Virus record (IMG/VR): IMGVR_UViG_3300020045_005768
Span: 1-30,321 of that record
Origin: a virus
Taxonomy: Duplodnaviria; Caudoviricetes
Length of the DNA stretch: 30,321 nucleotides
Reading direction: 5' to 3' (one strand)
Below, piece after piece: positions 9,428 to 19,521 of the stretch (positions are counted from its first letter, which is position 1; each line of letters opens with the position of its first letter). Below the pieces are notes generated by a model. It had not been told where the DNA came from. It saw nothing but the letters and a program-made list of their open reading frames with translations, and made no database searches. The position numbers and the translations under genes were made by a program.

Positions 9428-9862
9428 ATGGAACTAAGTGAAATTCAGGAAATGTGGACAAAAGACTGTGAAGTTGATCGCTCTGAGCTTGGTGAAGCAT
9501 CTCTCCGAATACCCACGCTGCATAACAAATACTACAAAATATACTCAGCAGAACGCGCTGAGTATCGTAAACAAGAGGCGCTTCACAAGAGACTCCTCAA
9601 ATACAAGCACGAGTGGTACGCTGGTATTATGTCGAAAGAAGATCTCGCTGCATTGAAGTGGGAACCAAACCCGCTCAAGATACTTCGTTCAGATATGAAC
9701 ATCTATTTTGAGAGTGATAAAGACATCATCAAGATGAAGTCTGAGCTTGATGATATGAAAGAGAAGGTTGAATACTTGGAGGCAATTATCAAATCTATGG
9801 CAACACGTAATTTTGTAATCAAAGCAGCAATTGATTGGGAACGGTTCAAAGTTGGTGCATGA
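9428..9862 (+). CDS. uvsY: Recombination mediator UvsY
   Basis: IQEMWxKD...SLRIPxLHNKY...IKxAIDWERF; adjacent to uvsW. Confidence 0.85.
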   Translation: MELSEIQEMWTKDCEVDRSELGEASLRIPTLHNKYYKIYSAERAEYRKQEALHKRLLKYKHEWYAGIMSKEDLAALKWEPNPLKILRSDMNIYFESDKDIIKMKSELDDMKEKVEYLEAIIKSMATRNFVIKAAIDWERFKVGA

Positions 9863-11316
9863 TAGAGATTGAAAAACTCAACGAAATCTATATAAGAATT
9901 CATGCAGCGGTCGATGTAAGAAGAGAGATAGAAGAGCACTTCAGCTTCAGGGCAGATGGATATCAATTCATGCCCGCGTATAAATCAGGTTGGTGGGATG
10001 GATACGTTAGACTCTACAAATTCAAAACATCCACAATCTACGCTGGTCTACAAACAAAGGTAGAAGAATTTCTCAAAACGCGTAACTATGAATATGTGTT
10101 GCGTGAAGAGTTTGCTGCGGCCGAATTTTCAGATCACGAGGCGTTGCAATTCACAAAAGACATTAAGCTTCCCGAAAAGTATGACATCATTGATCGCGAT
10201 TATCAACTTAGCTCTTTCGTAAGCGCTGTAAGAGATCATCGAGGTCTCTTTGTGCTTCCGACGGCTTCTGGTAAGTCACTGATCATCTATCTCATCTGGA
10301 TGTGGTTCAGATCCAAAGGATTGAGATCCCTCCTCTTAGTTCCTACAATCGGTCTTGTACATCAAATGTACAAAGACTTTGAGCAGTATGGTGGTCCGAT
10401 CGATGAGGTCCACAGAATTTATGGTGGGCAAGAAAAACACCCATCAGAGAACCACTCAATCATTATCTCTGTCTGGAACTCAATCTATAAACTAGACGAA
10501 GAGTATTTCAGCCAATACAATGTAGTGATGGGCGATGAAGCTCATCTATTCACAGCGACCTCTCTAACGAGCATCATGGAAAAGCTTCCATCTTGCAAAT
10601 ATCGAGTTGGGTTCACTGGAACTCTAAAGGATGCTAAGGCGAATGAGTTAGTACTCGAAGGTCTCTTTGGTAAGGTTCACGAGCCTGTAACGATGAAAGA
10701 GCTTCAGAGTAGAGGTATTCTTTCGAATATGCTCATCAAGGCCATCGTTCTGAAACACTCAAAGGAAGTCTGTCAGGCATCGAAGAAACTTGACTTTCAG
10801 CAAGAGACTGATTTCCTTCTCGATCATGTGGGTAGACGCCGATTCGTCAAAAATCTTGCACTGAGCCTCAGGGGTGTTACACTAGTTCTATTCACTCGAA
10901 AAGAGCAACACGGTTACAAGATTCGAGATGAAATTGAGGAAGCTGGTCGCAAGGTCTATTACATTGATGGTGATGTTGATGGTACTATCAGAGAGGATAT
11001 TCGCCAAGAGGTACTGTCACTGACAGATGCAACTGTTCTTGCGAGTTATGGAACATTTCAGCTGGGTGTTAACATTCCGAATATCAACAACATCATCTTC
11101 GCAAGTCCCTACAAATCAAAGATAGTTGTACTACAATCACTAGGTCGTGGTCTTCGTGTGTCAGAAACGAAAGAGCGACTCACTGTTTATGATATCGCTG
11201 ATGATTTGCGAACTGGTAAGCACAAGAATCATTCATACAAGCATTTAGAAGAGCGTCTCAGTATTTACGATGAGAGAGAGCAAGAAGTTAAAATCTATAG
11301 GGTGGACATAAAATGA
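9859..11316 (+). CDS. uvsW: SF2 DNA helicase UvsW
   Basis: PTASGKS Walker A, DEAH, GFTGT, QSLGRGLR; N-terminal GYQFMPAYKSGWWDG. Confidence 0.95.
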   Translation: MIEIEKLNEIYIRIHAAVDVRREIEEHFSFRADGYQFMPAYKSGWWDGYVRLYKFKTSTIYAGLQTKVEEFLKTRNYEYVLREEFAAAEFSDHEALQFTKDIKLPEKYDIIDRDYQLSSFVSAVRDHRGLFVLPTASGKSLIIYLIWMWFRSKGLRSLLLVPTIGLVHQMYKDFEQYGGPIDEVHRIYGGQEKHPSENHSIIISVWNSIYKLDEEYFSQYNVVMGDEAHLFTATSLTSIMEKLPSCKYRVGFTGTLKDAKANELVLEGLFGKVHEPVTMKELQSRGILSNMLIKAIVLKHSKEVCQASKKLDFQQETDFLLDHVGRRRFVKNLALSLRGVTLVLFTRKEQHGYKIRDEIEEAGRKVYYIDGDVDGTIREDIRQEVLSLTDATVLASYGTFQLGVNIPNINNIIFASPYKSKIVVLQSLGRGLRVSETKERLTVYDIADDLRTGKHKNHSYKHLEERLSIYDEREQEVKIYRVDIK

Positions 11317-11693
11317 TCATATTAGTTAGAATGAGAGAAGGCTACGAAATTATGGGTACTGTTGTTAGTGAGTCTAACAGTGCTATTGAATTACAAGACC
11401 CGCTTGAAATTATTACTACAAGCAGAGTGCTAGGACATATGCTCACTTTTCAGAGATTTATGCCGCTCTCTATAATACACACACATGTTATACAGAAATC
11501 TGATATTATTTGTAAAACATATCCTTCAGAGAAAGTTGCTGAGTACTACAAGGTAACACTCGAAGTTCTGATCCCTAAATTTGATGAGCAGCTCGAAAAA
11601 GAATTAACTCGAGCTGTCAACCTCTTTCAATCGAAAGAGCTATATGATGGTCTCCTATCAACAATAGATACATCAAATTTAACGAAACAATGA
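11313..11693 (+). CDS. Hypothetical protein (possibly Sm-like) between uvsW and gp55
   Basis: ATGA-coupled at both ends; beta-rich N-terminus. Confidence 0.7.
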   Translation: MIILVRMREGYEIMGTVVSESNSAIELQDPLEIITTSRVLGHMLTFQRFMPLSIIHTHVIQKSDIICKTYPSEKVAEYYKVTLEVLIPKFDEQLEKELTRAVNLFQSKELYDGLLSTIDTSNLTKQ

Positions 11694-12229
11694 AAAAACC
11701 TAATGATTACGTAGATAATGAGAAGCTGCATGCAGAGATGGTAGAATACATCAAAGCCGTGCGAATTACGAAAGAAGCGAAAGCTCCTCTTCCACCCATC
11801 AACAACTATATCGGTAGTTGTATACTTAGAATTGCTCAGGGCCTCGCAATGAAGGGTAACTTCTCGCAATATACATACAAAGATGAGATGATAAGCGATG
11901 GGGTTGAGAATTGTATACTGTACATTCACAACTACAACCCAGATATTTCGAAGAACGCATTTTCATACTTCACATTCATCATCTTCAGAGCATTCCTTCG
12001 AAGAATCGCGAAAGAGAAAAAGCATCAATACATCAAACAGAAGAGTTTAATTAAATCGGTATATGATAAATCATATTTCACTACTGAAGAGAGTAGTGGC
12101 AACCTTGATAACGAAGTTGATCTTGATATGAATATGGACTTCGCATCTGAATTTGTCAAAAATTATGAGAAAAAGCTCGAAGAAGAGCGCTTGAAGAGTA
12201 AGAAGAAGAGTGAGATTGAGAATGGCTAA
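11690..12229 (+). CDS. gp55: Late-transcription sigma factor (T4 gp55-like)
   Basis: YVDNxxL...YIGxC...YTYKDEMISDGVENC...NAFSYFT..AFLRRI. Confidence 0.93.
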   Translation: MKKPNDYVDNEKLHAEMVEYIKAVRITKEAKAPLPPINNYIGSCILRIAQGLAMKGNFSQYTYKDEMISDGVENCILYIHNYNPDISKNAFSYFTFIIFRAFLRRIAKEKKHQYIKQKSLIKSVYDKSYFTTEESSGNLDNEVDLDMNMDFASEFVKNYEKKLEEERLKSKKKSEIENG

Positions 12230-13289
12230 GATTGCACTAATAACAGATCAGCATTTAGGAGCACGTGACGATGATCAAAATTTTGATGCATACTTCGAAC
12301 GGTTTTACCGTGAGGTGTTCTTTCCATATCTCATCAAACACAACATCAAACATGTTATAGGTCTTGGTGATCTCTTTGATCGCCGGAAGTACATCAATTA
12401 TGTGACAATAGCGCGTGCACGTGAATACTACTTCAAGTGGTATGATGATAATGATGTGAAGAAGTGGTGCATCATAGGAAATCATGACACTTTCTACAAG
12501 AGTACGAATAGAATTAACTCTCCAAGTCTTTTATTACGTGATTTTAAGAATATGAACATCGTTCCTGAAGCGTGTGAGGTTGAAATTGCAGGTCTGAATC
12601 TTCTACTCGTACCCTGGATTAATCCTGAGAACAAAGAGAAAACACTGAAGTTGATTAAGAATGCGAAAGCATCGATTCTGCTAGGTCACCTCGAGCTCGA
12701 AGGTTTTCAGATGCACAAGGGTTTCATGAGATCTCATGGTGATGATCCGAACATGTTCGCTGATTTTGAGCTAGTTTGCTCTGGACATTACCATCACAAA
12801 TCGACGGTTGAAAATATCAACTATCTAGGTGCGCCTTATGAGATGAATTGGTTGGACTACAACGACCGAAGAGGGTTCCATGTTCTCGACACAGAGACCC
12901 ATGAATTAGAATATATTGAAAATCCTCTTAAAATGTTCACCCATATACATTATAATGATAGTAATAGTGAGACCATTGAGATACTCCTGCCTGATAGTAT
13001 AAAACCTACGTATTCACAGAAGTATGTTAAGGTTATCGTAGCAGATAAGACGAATCCAATGCTGTTTGATTCGTTTATCAGTGAATTAGAAAAAGTGGGT
13101 GTTCTTGATTTCCAGATCGTTGATGACCATCTCAACATGCAACAGCACAGTGATGCTGATATCGCTGTTGAGGTGAATGATACAATTTCGATTATCAAGA
13201 ATATCATAGCAGTGAAGCCGATAAATCATAAAGAGAAGGTTGAGTCTCTTCTTCTCGACTTATATCAAAAAGCACACGAAACAGTATGA
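12222..13289 (+). CDS. gp47: Recombination endonuclease subunit (gp47, Mre11/SbcD-like)
   Basis: DQHLG, GDLFD, GNHD, GHL, SGHYH metallophosphoesterase motifs. Confidence 0.93.
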   Translation: MAKIALITDQHLGARDDDQNFDAYFERFYREVFFPYLIKHNIKHVIGLGDLFDRRKYINYVTIARAREYYFKWYDDNDVKKWCIIGNHDTFYKSTNRINSPSLLLRDFKNMNIVPEACEVEIAGLNLLLVPWINPENKEKTLKLIKNAKASILLGHLELEGFQMHKGFMRSHGDDPNMFADFELVCSGHYHHKSTVENINYLGAPYEMNWLDYNDRRGFHVLDTETHELEYIENPLKMFTHIHYNDSNSETIEILLPDSIKPTYSQKYVKVIVADKTNPMLFDSFISELEKVGVLDFQIVDDHLNMQQHSDADIAVEVNDTISIIKNIIAVKPINHKEKVESLLLDLYQKAHETV

Positions 13290-15004
13290 TTGTAAACTTT
13301 GAGAAGGTTGGTTGGAAGAACTTTCTTTCAACCGGTAACACGATGACGTGGGTGACGCTGAATTCAGCGAAGCTGACTCTCATCGTTGGTACGAATGGTG
13401 CTGGTAAATCAACACTACTCGATGCTATCTGCTATGCTCTGTATGGTAAAGCGTTCAGAAATATCACAATCCCTCAACTAGTTAATACAATCAATCAGAA
13501 AGAGAGTCTCGTTGAGATTCATTTCTCAATTGGATCAAGGAAGTATCGAGTTATCAGAGGTCAGAAGCCAACTATCTTTGAGATCTACTGTGATGGTAAT
13601 CTGATTCCTCAGAACGCTGATGCTCGCTCATATCAGAGACATCTTGAATCAGCGATCTTAAGAATGAACTTCAAATCATTCACTCAAATTGTCACTCTTG
13701 GTGTATCGAGTTTTGTTCCCTTCATGGATCTCGAAACCGGAAAGCGAAGAGAGTTGATTGATGATCTTCTCGATATTCAGATCTTCACGACAATGGGCAA
13801 CATTCTCAAAGCTCGCTCTACAATCAACAAAGAGCAGATTGAAGAGAATAAGAATCGAACAAACTTACTCTTACAGCGGATAGAGTTGCATAAGAAACAT
13901 CTAGAAGAGATGAAGAGTAATACAGAGGAGCAGATTAAACAGCATGAAGAATCCATCACGTCGTATAAAGCCAAACTCGAAGCTGCACAGCAGAGTGTCA
14001 GGCAGAAAGCAACTGAAGCTCGTACGCTCGAAGCCAGACTCACTGGTAGAGAAGCTAACAGGAAAAAGCTTGATGAGTCAAATAAACTCTATCGTAAGTT
14101 AGACACAAAGATGGATGAACACAATCGAGTGATTGAGTTCTTCACAAAGAACGATAACTGCCCGACGTGCCAGCAGGTTATCGAGAGTGGTTTCAAACAG
14201 ACGGTGGTTGATGATAAACAAGCAGTAATCAACACCTACACTACTGCTCAAACAGGTCTTCGCACAAAGATTGATGAATTGATGAAGCTTGAGAGTGGTT
14301 ACGTAGAGGTTGAAACTGCGATGCTCGCTATCGAGAGGCTTCAGCGTGATTATCAATACGAAGTTAATCTCAACAATAAACTCATCTCAACGATTGAGTC
14401 AGAGATCAAGAAACTTCTCGCTGTATCGAAAGAACAGAGTGTCAAGAGTGATGATATCATCGAAGCTCAGAATAAGTTGATTGAAGAAACAAGTATAAAA
14501 GAAGCCCTGCTACTTCAGAGAGATGTCTATGATACTACAAATCAACTTCTCAAGGACGGTGGTATCAAGGCTGAGGTAGTTAAGCAGTTCGTTCCAGTGA
14601 TCAACAAACTGATCAACAAATATCTCGCGGCGCTGGACTTCTTCGTCAACTTTGAATTTGATGAGAACTTCAAAGAGAGTATCAAATCACGACATCGCGA
14701 TGATTTCAGTTATCACTCGTTCTCAGAAGGTGAAAAGCTGCGTATTGATTTGAGTTTGCTATTCACATGGAGAGCGATTGCGAAGCTACGCTCATCGATG
14801 GGTACAAATCTCTTGATTATGGATGAGATCTTTGAAAGCTCACTCGATAACAACGGAACAGATGAATTTCTCAAGCTACTCGATAACTTCATCGATGATA
14901 CAAACATATTCGTCATCAGTCATAAAGGTGATCAGTTGTTTGATAAATTCGATAGCGTATTGAAATTTGAGAAACATCAAAACTTTAGTAAAGTCATTCA
15001 ATAG
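13286..15004 (+). CDS. gp46: Recombination ATPase subunit (gp46, Rad50/SbcC-like)
   Basis: GTNGAGKS Walker A, CPTC zinc hook, FSEGEK signature, LIMDE Walker B, ISH. Confidence 0.95.
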   Translation: MIVNFEKVGWKNFLSTGNTMTWVTLNSAKLTLIVGTNGAGKSTLLDAICYALYGKAFRNITIPQLVNTINQKESLVEIHFSIGSRKYRVIRGQKPTIFEIYCDGNLIPQNADARSYQRHLESAILRMNFKSFTQIVTLGVSSFVPFMDLETGKRRELIDDLLDIQIFTTMGNILKARSTINKEQIEENKNRTNLLLQRIELHKKHLEEMKSNTEEQIKQHEESITSYKAKLEAAQQSVRQKATEARTLEARLTGREANRKKLDESNKLYRKLDTKMDEHNRVIEFFTKNDNCPTCQQVIESGFKQTVVDDKQAVINTYTTAQTGLRTKIDELMKLESGYVEVETAMLAIERLQRDYQYEVNLNNKLISTIESEIKKLLAVSKEQSVKSDDIIEAQNKLIEETSIKEALLLQRDVYDTTNQLLKDGGIKAEVVKQFVPVINKLINKYLAALDFFVNFEFDENFKESIKSRHRDDFSYHSFSEGEKLRIDLSLLFTWRAIAKLRSSMGTNLLIMDEIFESSLDNNGTDEFLKLLDNFIDDTNIFVISHKGDQLFDKFDSVLKFEKHQNFSKVIQ

Positions 15005-15012
15005 GAGATGAT

Positions 15013-15558
15013 ATGTATGAACTTGTGAAATATGATGCACCAATCTTGAGAGAAAAACTCAGTGATTACGTTTTCAGTGATCTTGAAGCTGCACGTGAAA
15101 TCGCGGAGACACTCTCGAAGACGTGCCAGGCCTACAAAGCTGTTGGACTTTCCGCGAACCAATGTGGTCTTCCTCATCGCGTATTTGTGATGAATATCAG
15201 TCCTGGTTATGTGTGCTTCAATCCAGTGATTACAGCATACGGCCTGGAGAATAACATTCTCATCGAAGGTTGCTTATCCTTTCCTCTCTTGAACTTTAAC
15301 GTGAAGCGCCCAGCGTCTGTTCGCGTTCGTTATCAGGATGAAAAGGGTGCGTTTCAAACAAAGATGTTTGGTGGCCTCGAAGCGCGAGTATTCTTGCACG
15401 AATTCGACCATCTCGAAGGTAAGACGTTTACTCAAAGAGCATCTCTCGTGAATGTTCGTCGAGGTATCGAGAAGACAAACAAATTCATCAACAAGCGTAA
15501 AGTGAAACATATTCCCATTTACACTGAGGCAGAATTAAAAATAAATTCCTTGATTTAA
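15013..15558 (+). CDS. def: Peptide deformylase
   Basis: GLSANQ, EGCLS, HEFDH motifs. Confidence 0.93.
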   Translation: MYELVKYDAPILREKLSDYVFSDLEAAREIAETLSKTCQAYKAVGLSANQCGLPHRVFVMNISPGYVCFNPVITAYGLENNILIEGCLSFPLLNFNVKRPASVRVRYQDEKGAFQTKMFGGLEARVFLHEFDHLEGKTFTQRASLVNVRRGIEKTNKFINKRKVKHIPIYTEAELKINSLI

Positions 15559-15578
15559 TAGTGTTTTTACTATATAAT
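15550..15578 (+). promoter_or_regulatory. Sigma70-like promoter TTGATT-N17-TATAAT for the que/guanine cluster
   Basis: Exact spacing. Confidence 0.7.
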
Positions 15579-15606
15579 CAATACTGTAGACAGGAGATAT
15601 AATATC

Positions 15607-16476
15607 GTGTACGAATGGTCTGAAGTATTCATGAGTATTGAAGGTGAAGGTCCTCTAACAGGTGCACCAACAGCCTATATTCGCTTTGCGCGTTGTAATT
15701 TCACATGCAAAGGTTTTAACAATCCAAACAACGAAGATACAACTGATATCAGCGTAATTGGTTTTGATCCGAAGAGTTACAAGAACATCACAGAGATTCC
15801 TTTGATTACAAAGGGATGTGATTCAATCTACTCGTGGGATGAGAAATTCTCTCATATGTGGAAGAAGGGTGATGCGACTCAACTCGCTAAAGAGTTGATT
15901 GATGTTCTTCCGAACAAGAAGTTCCAATTACCAAGCAATCCGAATATGAAGGTGGTACTGTCAGTGACAGGTGGTGAACCTACACTACGAGCGAAGTTTA
16001 TTCCGAAGCTTCTCGGTCATGAATTGTTCAATGATCTCGATACGGTTCTCATCGAAACGAATGCATCAGTTAAACTCTCTGATAAATTTGTTGAAGAGAT
16101 GAATATCTGGGTGACAAGTGGTTCTGCGATGCGTGGTGTTATCTGGAGTAATTCTCCGAAGCTGAGTTCTTCTGGTGAAGAGTGGAAGAAGGCGATTATT
16201 CCTTCTGTTATCAAACAACAAGCACGAGTTCGAAACAGCATTCAGTATCTCAAGTTTGTTGTTGGAGATAGTGATGCTCATTTCGCTGAGGTCGCAAAAG
16301 CGGTCAAAGAACTCGATCCTCAGTATCAGATGCCTGTGTATGTGATGCCGGAGGCGTGCACTGAGGAACAACAGAAAATTGTTGGTATCAAGGTCGCGAA
16401 GCGCTGTATGGAACTCGGTTACATCTACTGTCATCGAGTGCAGAACTCAGTATTCGGTAATGGAGTTGGAACTTGA
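15607..16476 (+). CDS. queE: 7-carboxy-7-deazaguanine synthase (radical SAM)
   Basis: EVFxSIEGEG, RFARCNFTC...GCDS, TGGEP, IETN, SPKLSSSG, LKFVV. Confidence 0.85.
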   Translation: MYEWSEVFMSIEGEGPLTGAPTAYIRFARCNFTCKGFNNPNNEDTTDISVIGFDPKSYKNITEIPLITKGCDSIYSWDEKFSHMWKKGDATQLAKELIDVLPNKKFQLPSNPNMKVVLSVTGGEPTLRAKFIPKLLGHELFNDLDTVLIETNASVKLSDKFVEEMNIWVTSGSAMRGVIWSNSPKLSSSGEEWKKAIIPSVIKQQARVRNSIQYLKFVVGDSDAHFAEVAKAVKELDPQYQMPVYVMPEACTEEQQKIVGIKVAKRCMELGYIYCHRVQNSVFGNGVGT

Positions 16477-16739
16477 ATCGAACACAACAATTCCTCGACC
16501 TTCTCTGTCAGGCACCTGATTGCTATGTGCCACGAAAGTATTGTGGCTTCATAGCGTCCTTGATTTATTTAGATGAAACACTTATAATGGATGGTCTAAA
16601 TAGGCTTTTAACGGATGAATTTAAGATACATCCGGATACAAAAGCACACATTCGAAAGTTTATTGATGAAATACAATTACAAAAGAATGAGAGCGTTTCT
16701 ATCGAGTCAGAAGGAAGCACTTCAGAAACAAAAGTTTGA
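16473..16739 (+). CDS. Hypothetical protein
   Basis: TTG start overlapping queE stop; overlaps next gene. Confidence 0.45.
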   Translation: MNRTQQFLDLLCQAPDCYVPRKYCGFIASLIYLDETLIMDGLNRLLTDEFKIHPDTKAHIRKFIDEIQLQKNESVSIESEGSTSETKV

Positions 16740-17118
16740 ACATATCATTGCAGTAGGTCGTGGTGCAATGATAGTTGCAGTTCATCTATCTCACATGCTC
16801 GATGTTCCTATCAGTGTTATCCCCTGGTCACGTAAGGGTGGAGGCATCATTCCTAATGATGTCTACGATGTTATTGAGAGAGGTGAGAAGATACTCTTTG
16901 TAGATGAAATCGTTGATACTGGTATCACGATGCATATGATACTCAGAAAAATTGAGCTCGCTTTTGAAAACGGCACAATGCACTATACGAGTAAGAGAAC
17001 ATTCAAACCGCAGATGTTCTGTCTGGTTTACATCAAAAACAATCTATTCACACCTACGTATTACGATAAGAACTTTGATACGAAGAATGAATTTGTTGAC
17101 TTTTTCTGGGAGAAGTAA
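16666..17118 (+). CDS. Type I purine phosphoribosyltransferase (Gpt-like)
   Basis: IIAVGRGA..AxxLSHxL and ILFVDEIVDTGIT PRPP-binding loop; C-terminal FFWE; start uncertain. Confidence 0.8.
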   Translation: MKYNYKRMRAFLSSQKEALQKQKFEHIIAVGRGAMIVAVHLSHMLDVPISVIPWSRKGGGIIPNDVYDVIERGEKILFVDEIVDTGITMHMILRKIELAFENGTMHYTSKRTFKPQMFCLVYIKNNLFTPTYYDKNFDTKNEFVDFFWEK

Positions 17119-17810
17119 TGAACGAAGAAATTTCTAGTATCATTCGTCAGCGTATCAAAGAAGCTGGTGCAAGATTTTTTGCTTGTGATAATATCTCAAA
17201 ATTTATTCAACCAGGTGAACTCGATAAACTCAAAGATGAAGTTGAGATAATCTTTCAGGAAGTGCTGAATTCTCTTTTGATTGATACTATTGGAGATCCA
17301 AATTCTCGTGATACAGCGCGAAGACTCGCTGAAATGTATATTGATGAATTATTTTCGGGTCGTTATTATCCAGAACCTGATTGCACTGCATTCCCGAATG
17401 ATACCCACGATCGCTACAAAGGTATGCTCGTTATTCGAGCTGAATTGAAATCTGTCTGCTCACATCACCATCAACCAGTTCGTGGTATCGCATATGTAGG
17501 TATTATTCCAACAAAGAAAGTGATCGGTCTATCGAAGTATATTCGTATCGCTCAGTGGCACGCGCGTCGTGGTACTCTTCAAGAAGAATTGTGCAACCGA
17601 ATCGCTGACTCAATCTGCAAAGTAACAGAGTCACCGAATGTGGCTGTATACATCGCAGCTCGTCATGGTTGCTGCGAGAATCGTGGTGTTGAGGCACACT
17701 CATCACTGACCCAAACAACAGTGCTACATGGTAATTTTAATGAACCTGATGTGAAGAAAGAATTCTTCGACAACATTGCATTGCAGCAGACATACCAAGA
17801 GAAGCTCTAA
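17118..17810 (+). CDS. folE: GTP cyclohydrolase I
   Basis: SVCSHHHQP, VIGLSK, LQEE, HGCCENRGV. Confidence 0.93.
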   Translation: MNEEISSIIRQRIKEAGARFFACDNISKFIQPGELDKLKDEVEIIFQEVLNSLLIDTIGDPNSRDTARRLAEMYIDELFSGRYYPEPDCTAFPNDTHDRYKGMLVIRAELKSVCSHHHQPVRGIAYVGIIPTKKVIGLSKYIRIAQWHARRGTLQEELCNRIADSICKVTESPNVAVYIAARHGCCENRGVEAHSSLTQTTVLHGNFNEPDVKKEFFDNIALQQTYQEKL

Positions 17811-18037
17811 TGCTCATCAACCCTGCAGAGTTACACATTCTTATCCATACCACAACAGGTGGTACAGGGAAAATATATCGTAACCACTACGTTGCACCAC
17901 CTGGAACGGATTCTCTTCCTATCATTGAAAAACTTATTGGTTCTGGTTTGATGAAGAAGAATTCCTTTACAGAGAACACATACATGGTTACATCAGAGGG
18001 TATGAAGATTGTTGAAGGAGCACTACATCATGAATAA
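17810..18037 (+). CDS. Small hypothetical protein
   Basis: TAATG-coupled; YRNHY motif. Confidence 0.6.
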   Translation: MLINPAELHILIHTTTGGTGKIYRNHYVAPPGTDSLPIIEKLIGSGLMKKNSFTENTYMVTSEGMKIVEGALHHE

Positions 18038-18404
18038 AAATCTCGAAGATACTCTCAGGAAAATGCAATCACTTGCGATGACACCTGATGATGTATACAA
18101 ATTACTTCTTGAAAATGAGCGATTGAAAGCTGAGAAAGCTCCAAGTAAAGAAGAAATACTACTCAGTCTCATCAAACGCGTTGGTGATAAGCACAACTGG
18201 AAGCATGGTTGGTCTGCACGTGGGTGCTATTTACACTTAGAGTCATCAGAGTTGATTGAGGCTCTTCGTGGTAAGGGTGGCAATCCAACAGACGAAGCTG
18301 GTGATGTTCTAGGTGTGTTGATGTCAATCATCATAACAGAGAATCTCGATTGGAATAAAGTGTTGGATATGGCGATCATAAAAATGGACGAGATGTTGAA
18401 ATGA
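18030..18404 (+). CDS. MazG-like NTP pyrophosphohydrolase
   Basis: ExxE..(ESSELIEA)...ExxD (DEAGDV) all-alpha NTP-PPase pattern; SD AAGGAG. Confidence 0.65.
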   Translation: MNKNLEDTLRKMQSLAMTPDDVYKLLLENERLKAEKAPSKEEILLSLIKRVGDKHNWKHGWSARGCYLHLESSELIEALRGKGGNPTDEAGDVLGVLMSIIITENLDWNKVLDMAIIKMDEMLK

Positions 18405-19474
18405 GAATAATTGAAGATATAAAACTCGATTTTAATGATGTATTGATTCAACCAAAGCGTTCGACGCTTGAAAGTCGTAGTGAGGTTGATCTTCTTCGTG
18501 AGTTTACATTCCCACATTCTCATGAAATCTTAAAGTGCATACCAATCGTTGCGTCTAATATGGATACAGTTGGAACTTTTGAGATGCATGATGTTCTATC
18601 CCATAATTCACTACTCACAACAATTCACAAACACTATACCAAAGCTGAGTGGCAGGAATTCAACCCCGTTACATACAAATTTGTGATACCGAGTATTGGT
18701 GCATCACAGTTTGAGTTTGACGAGCTAATGAAGATCTTAGCTGCTCATACACACATCAACAAGATCTGCATTGATGTAGCGAATGGATATCATCAGAATT
18801 TCTTGAAAGCAGTTGAAAGAGTTCGTAATTCATACCCGTGGATGACAATCATTGCTGGTAACGTTGTTACTCCTGAAATGACAGAGGCGTTGATTCTCGC
18901 AGGTGCTGATGTTGTAAAGGTTGGTATCGGTTCTGGTGCCGCGTGTACAACGAGATTGAAAACAGGTGTCGGTTACCCTCAACTCTCAGCAATCATTGAG
19001 TGCGCTGACGCAGCTCATGGTCTCAATGGTCATGTGATGTCGGATGGTGGTTGTGTTACTCCTGGTGATATCGCGAAAGCCTTTGCGGCTGGTGCTGATT
19101 TTGTGATGCTCGGCTCGATGCTCGCTGGTCATGCTGAAGCTGGTGAGAAGAATCTCATCACTGAGGTAGACATTGGTGTTGTACCTCGCAAAGGTAAAGC
19201 AGTGCCCCGCAGAGTTGTAGGTGTTAGATTCAGAGGTATGAGTTCATCTGCTGCGATGAAAGATCATCATGGTGAAGTAGATGAATATCGCACATCAGAA
19301 GGTCGTGAGCTGACAATTCCATACAAAGGTAAGGTTGAACACACACTCAGAGATATTCTTGGTGGTCTGCGCTCAGCATGTACATATACAGGTGCGAAGA
19401 CACTCAAAGAACTTCCGAAGAGAGCTACCTTCATCAGAGTAAATAATCAGTTAAATGATTCCTTGGTGCGATAG
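18401..19474 (+). CDS. guaC: GMP reductase (type 1)
   Basis: MRIIEDIKLDFxDVLIxPKRSTL, DVANG, KVGIGSGAACTTR, SEGR, GGLRSACTYTGA. Confidence 0.92.
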   Translation: MRIIEDIKLDFNDVLIQPKRSTLESRSEVDLLREFTFPHSHEILKCIPIVASNMDTVGTFEMHDVLSHNSLLTTIHKHYTKAEWQEFNPVTYKFVIPSIGASQFEFDELMKILAAHTHINKICIDVANGYHQNFLKAVERVRNSYPWMTIIAGNVVTPEMTEALILAGADVVKVGIGSGAACTTRLKTGVGYPQLSAIIECADAAHGLNGHVMSDGGCVTPGDIAKAFAAGADFVMLGSMLAGHAEAGEKNLITEVDIGVVPRKGKAVPRRVVGVRFRGMSSSAAMKDHHGEVDEYRTSEGRELTIPYKGKVEHTLRDILGGLRSACTYTGAKTLKELPKRATFIRVNNQLNDSLVR

Positions 19475-19491
19475 AGGGCATACCTTATAAT
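19463..19491 (+). promoter_or_regulatory. Sigma70-like promoter TTGGTG-N17-TATAAT for ligase
   Basis: Spacing and perfect -10. Confidence 0.55.
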
Positions 19492-19521
19492 GTATTGTGT
19501 TAAACTAACTGAGAGTTCATA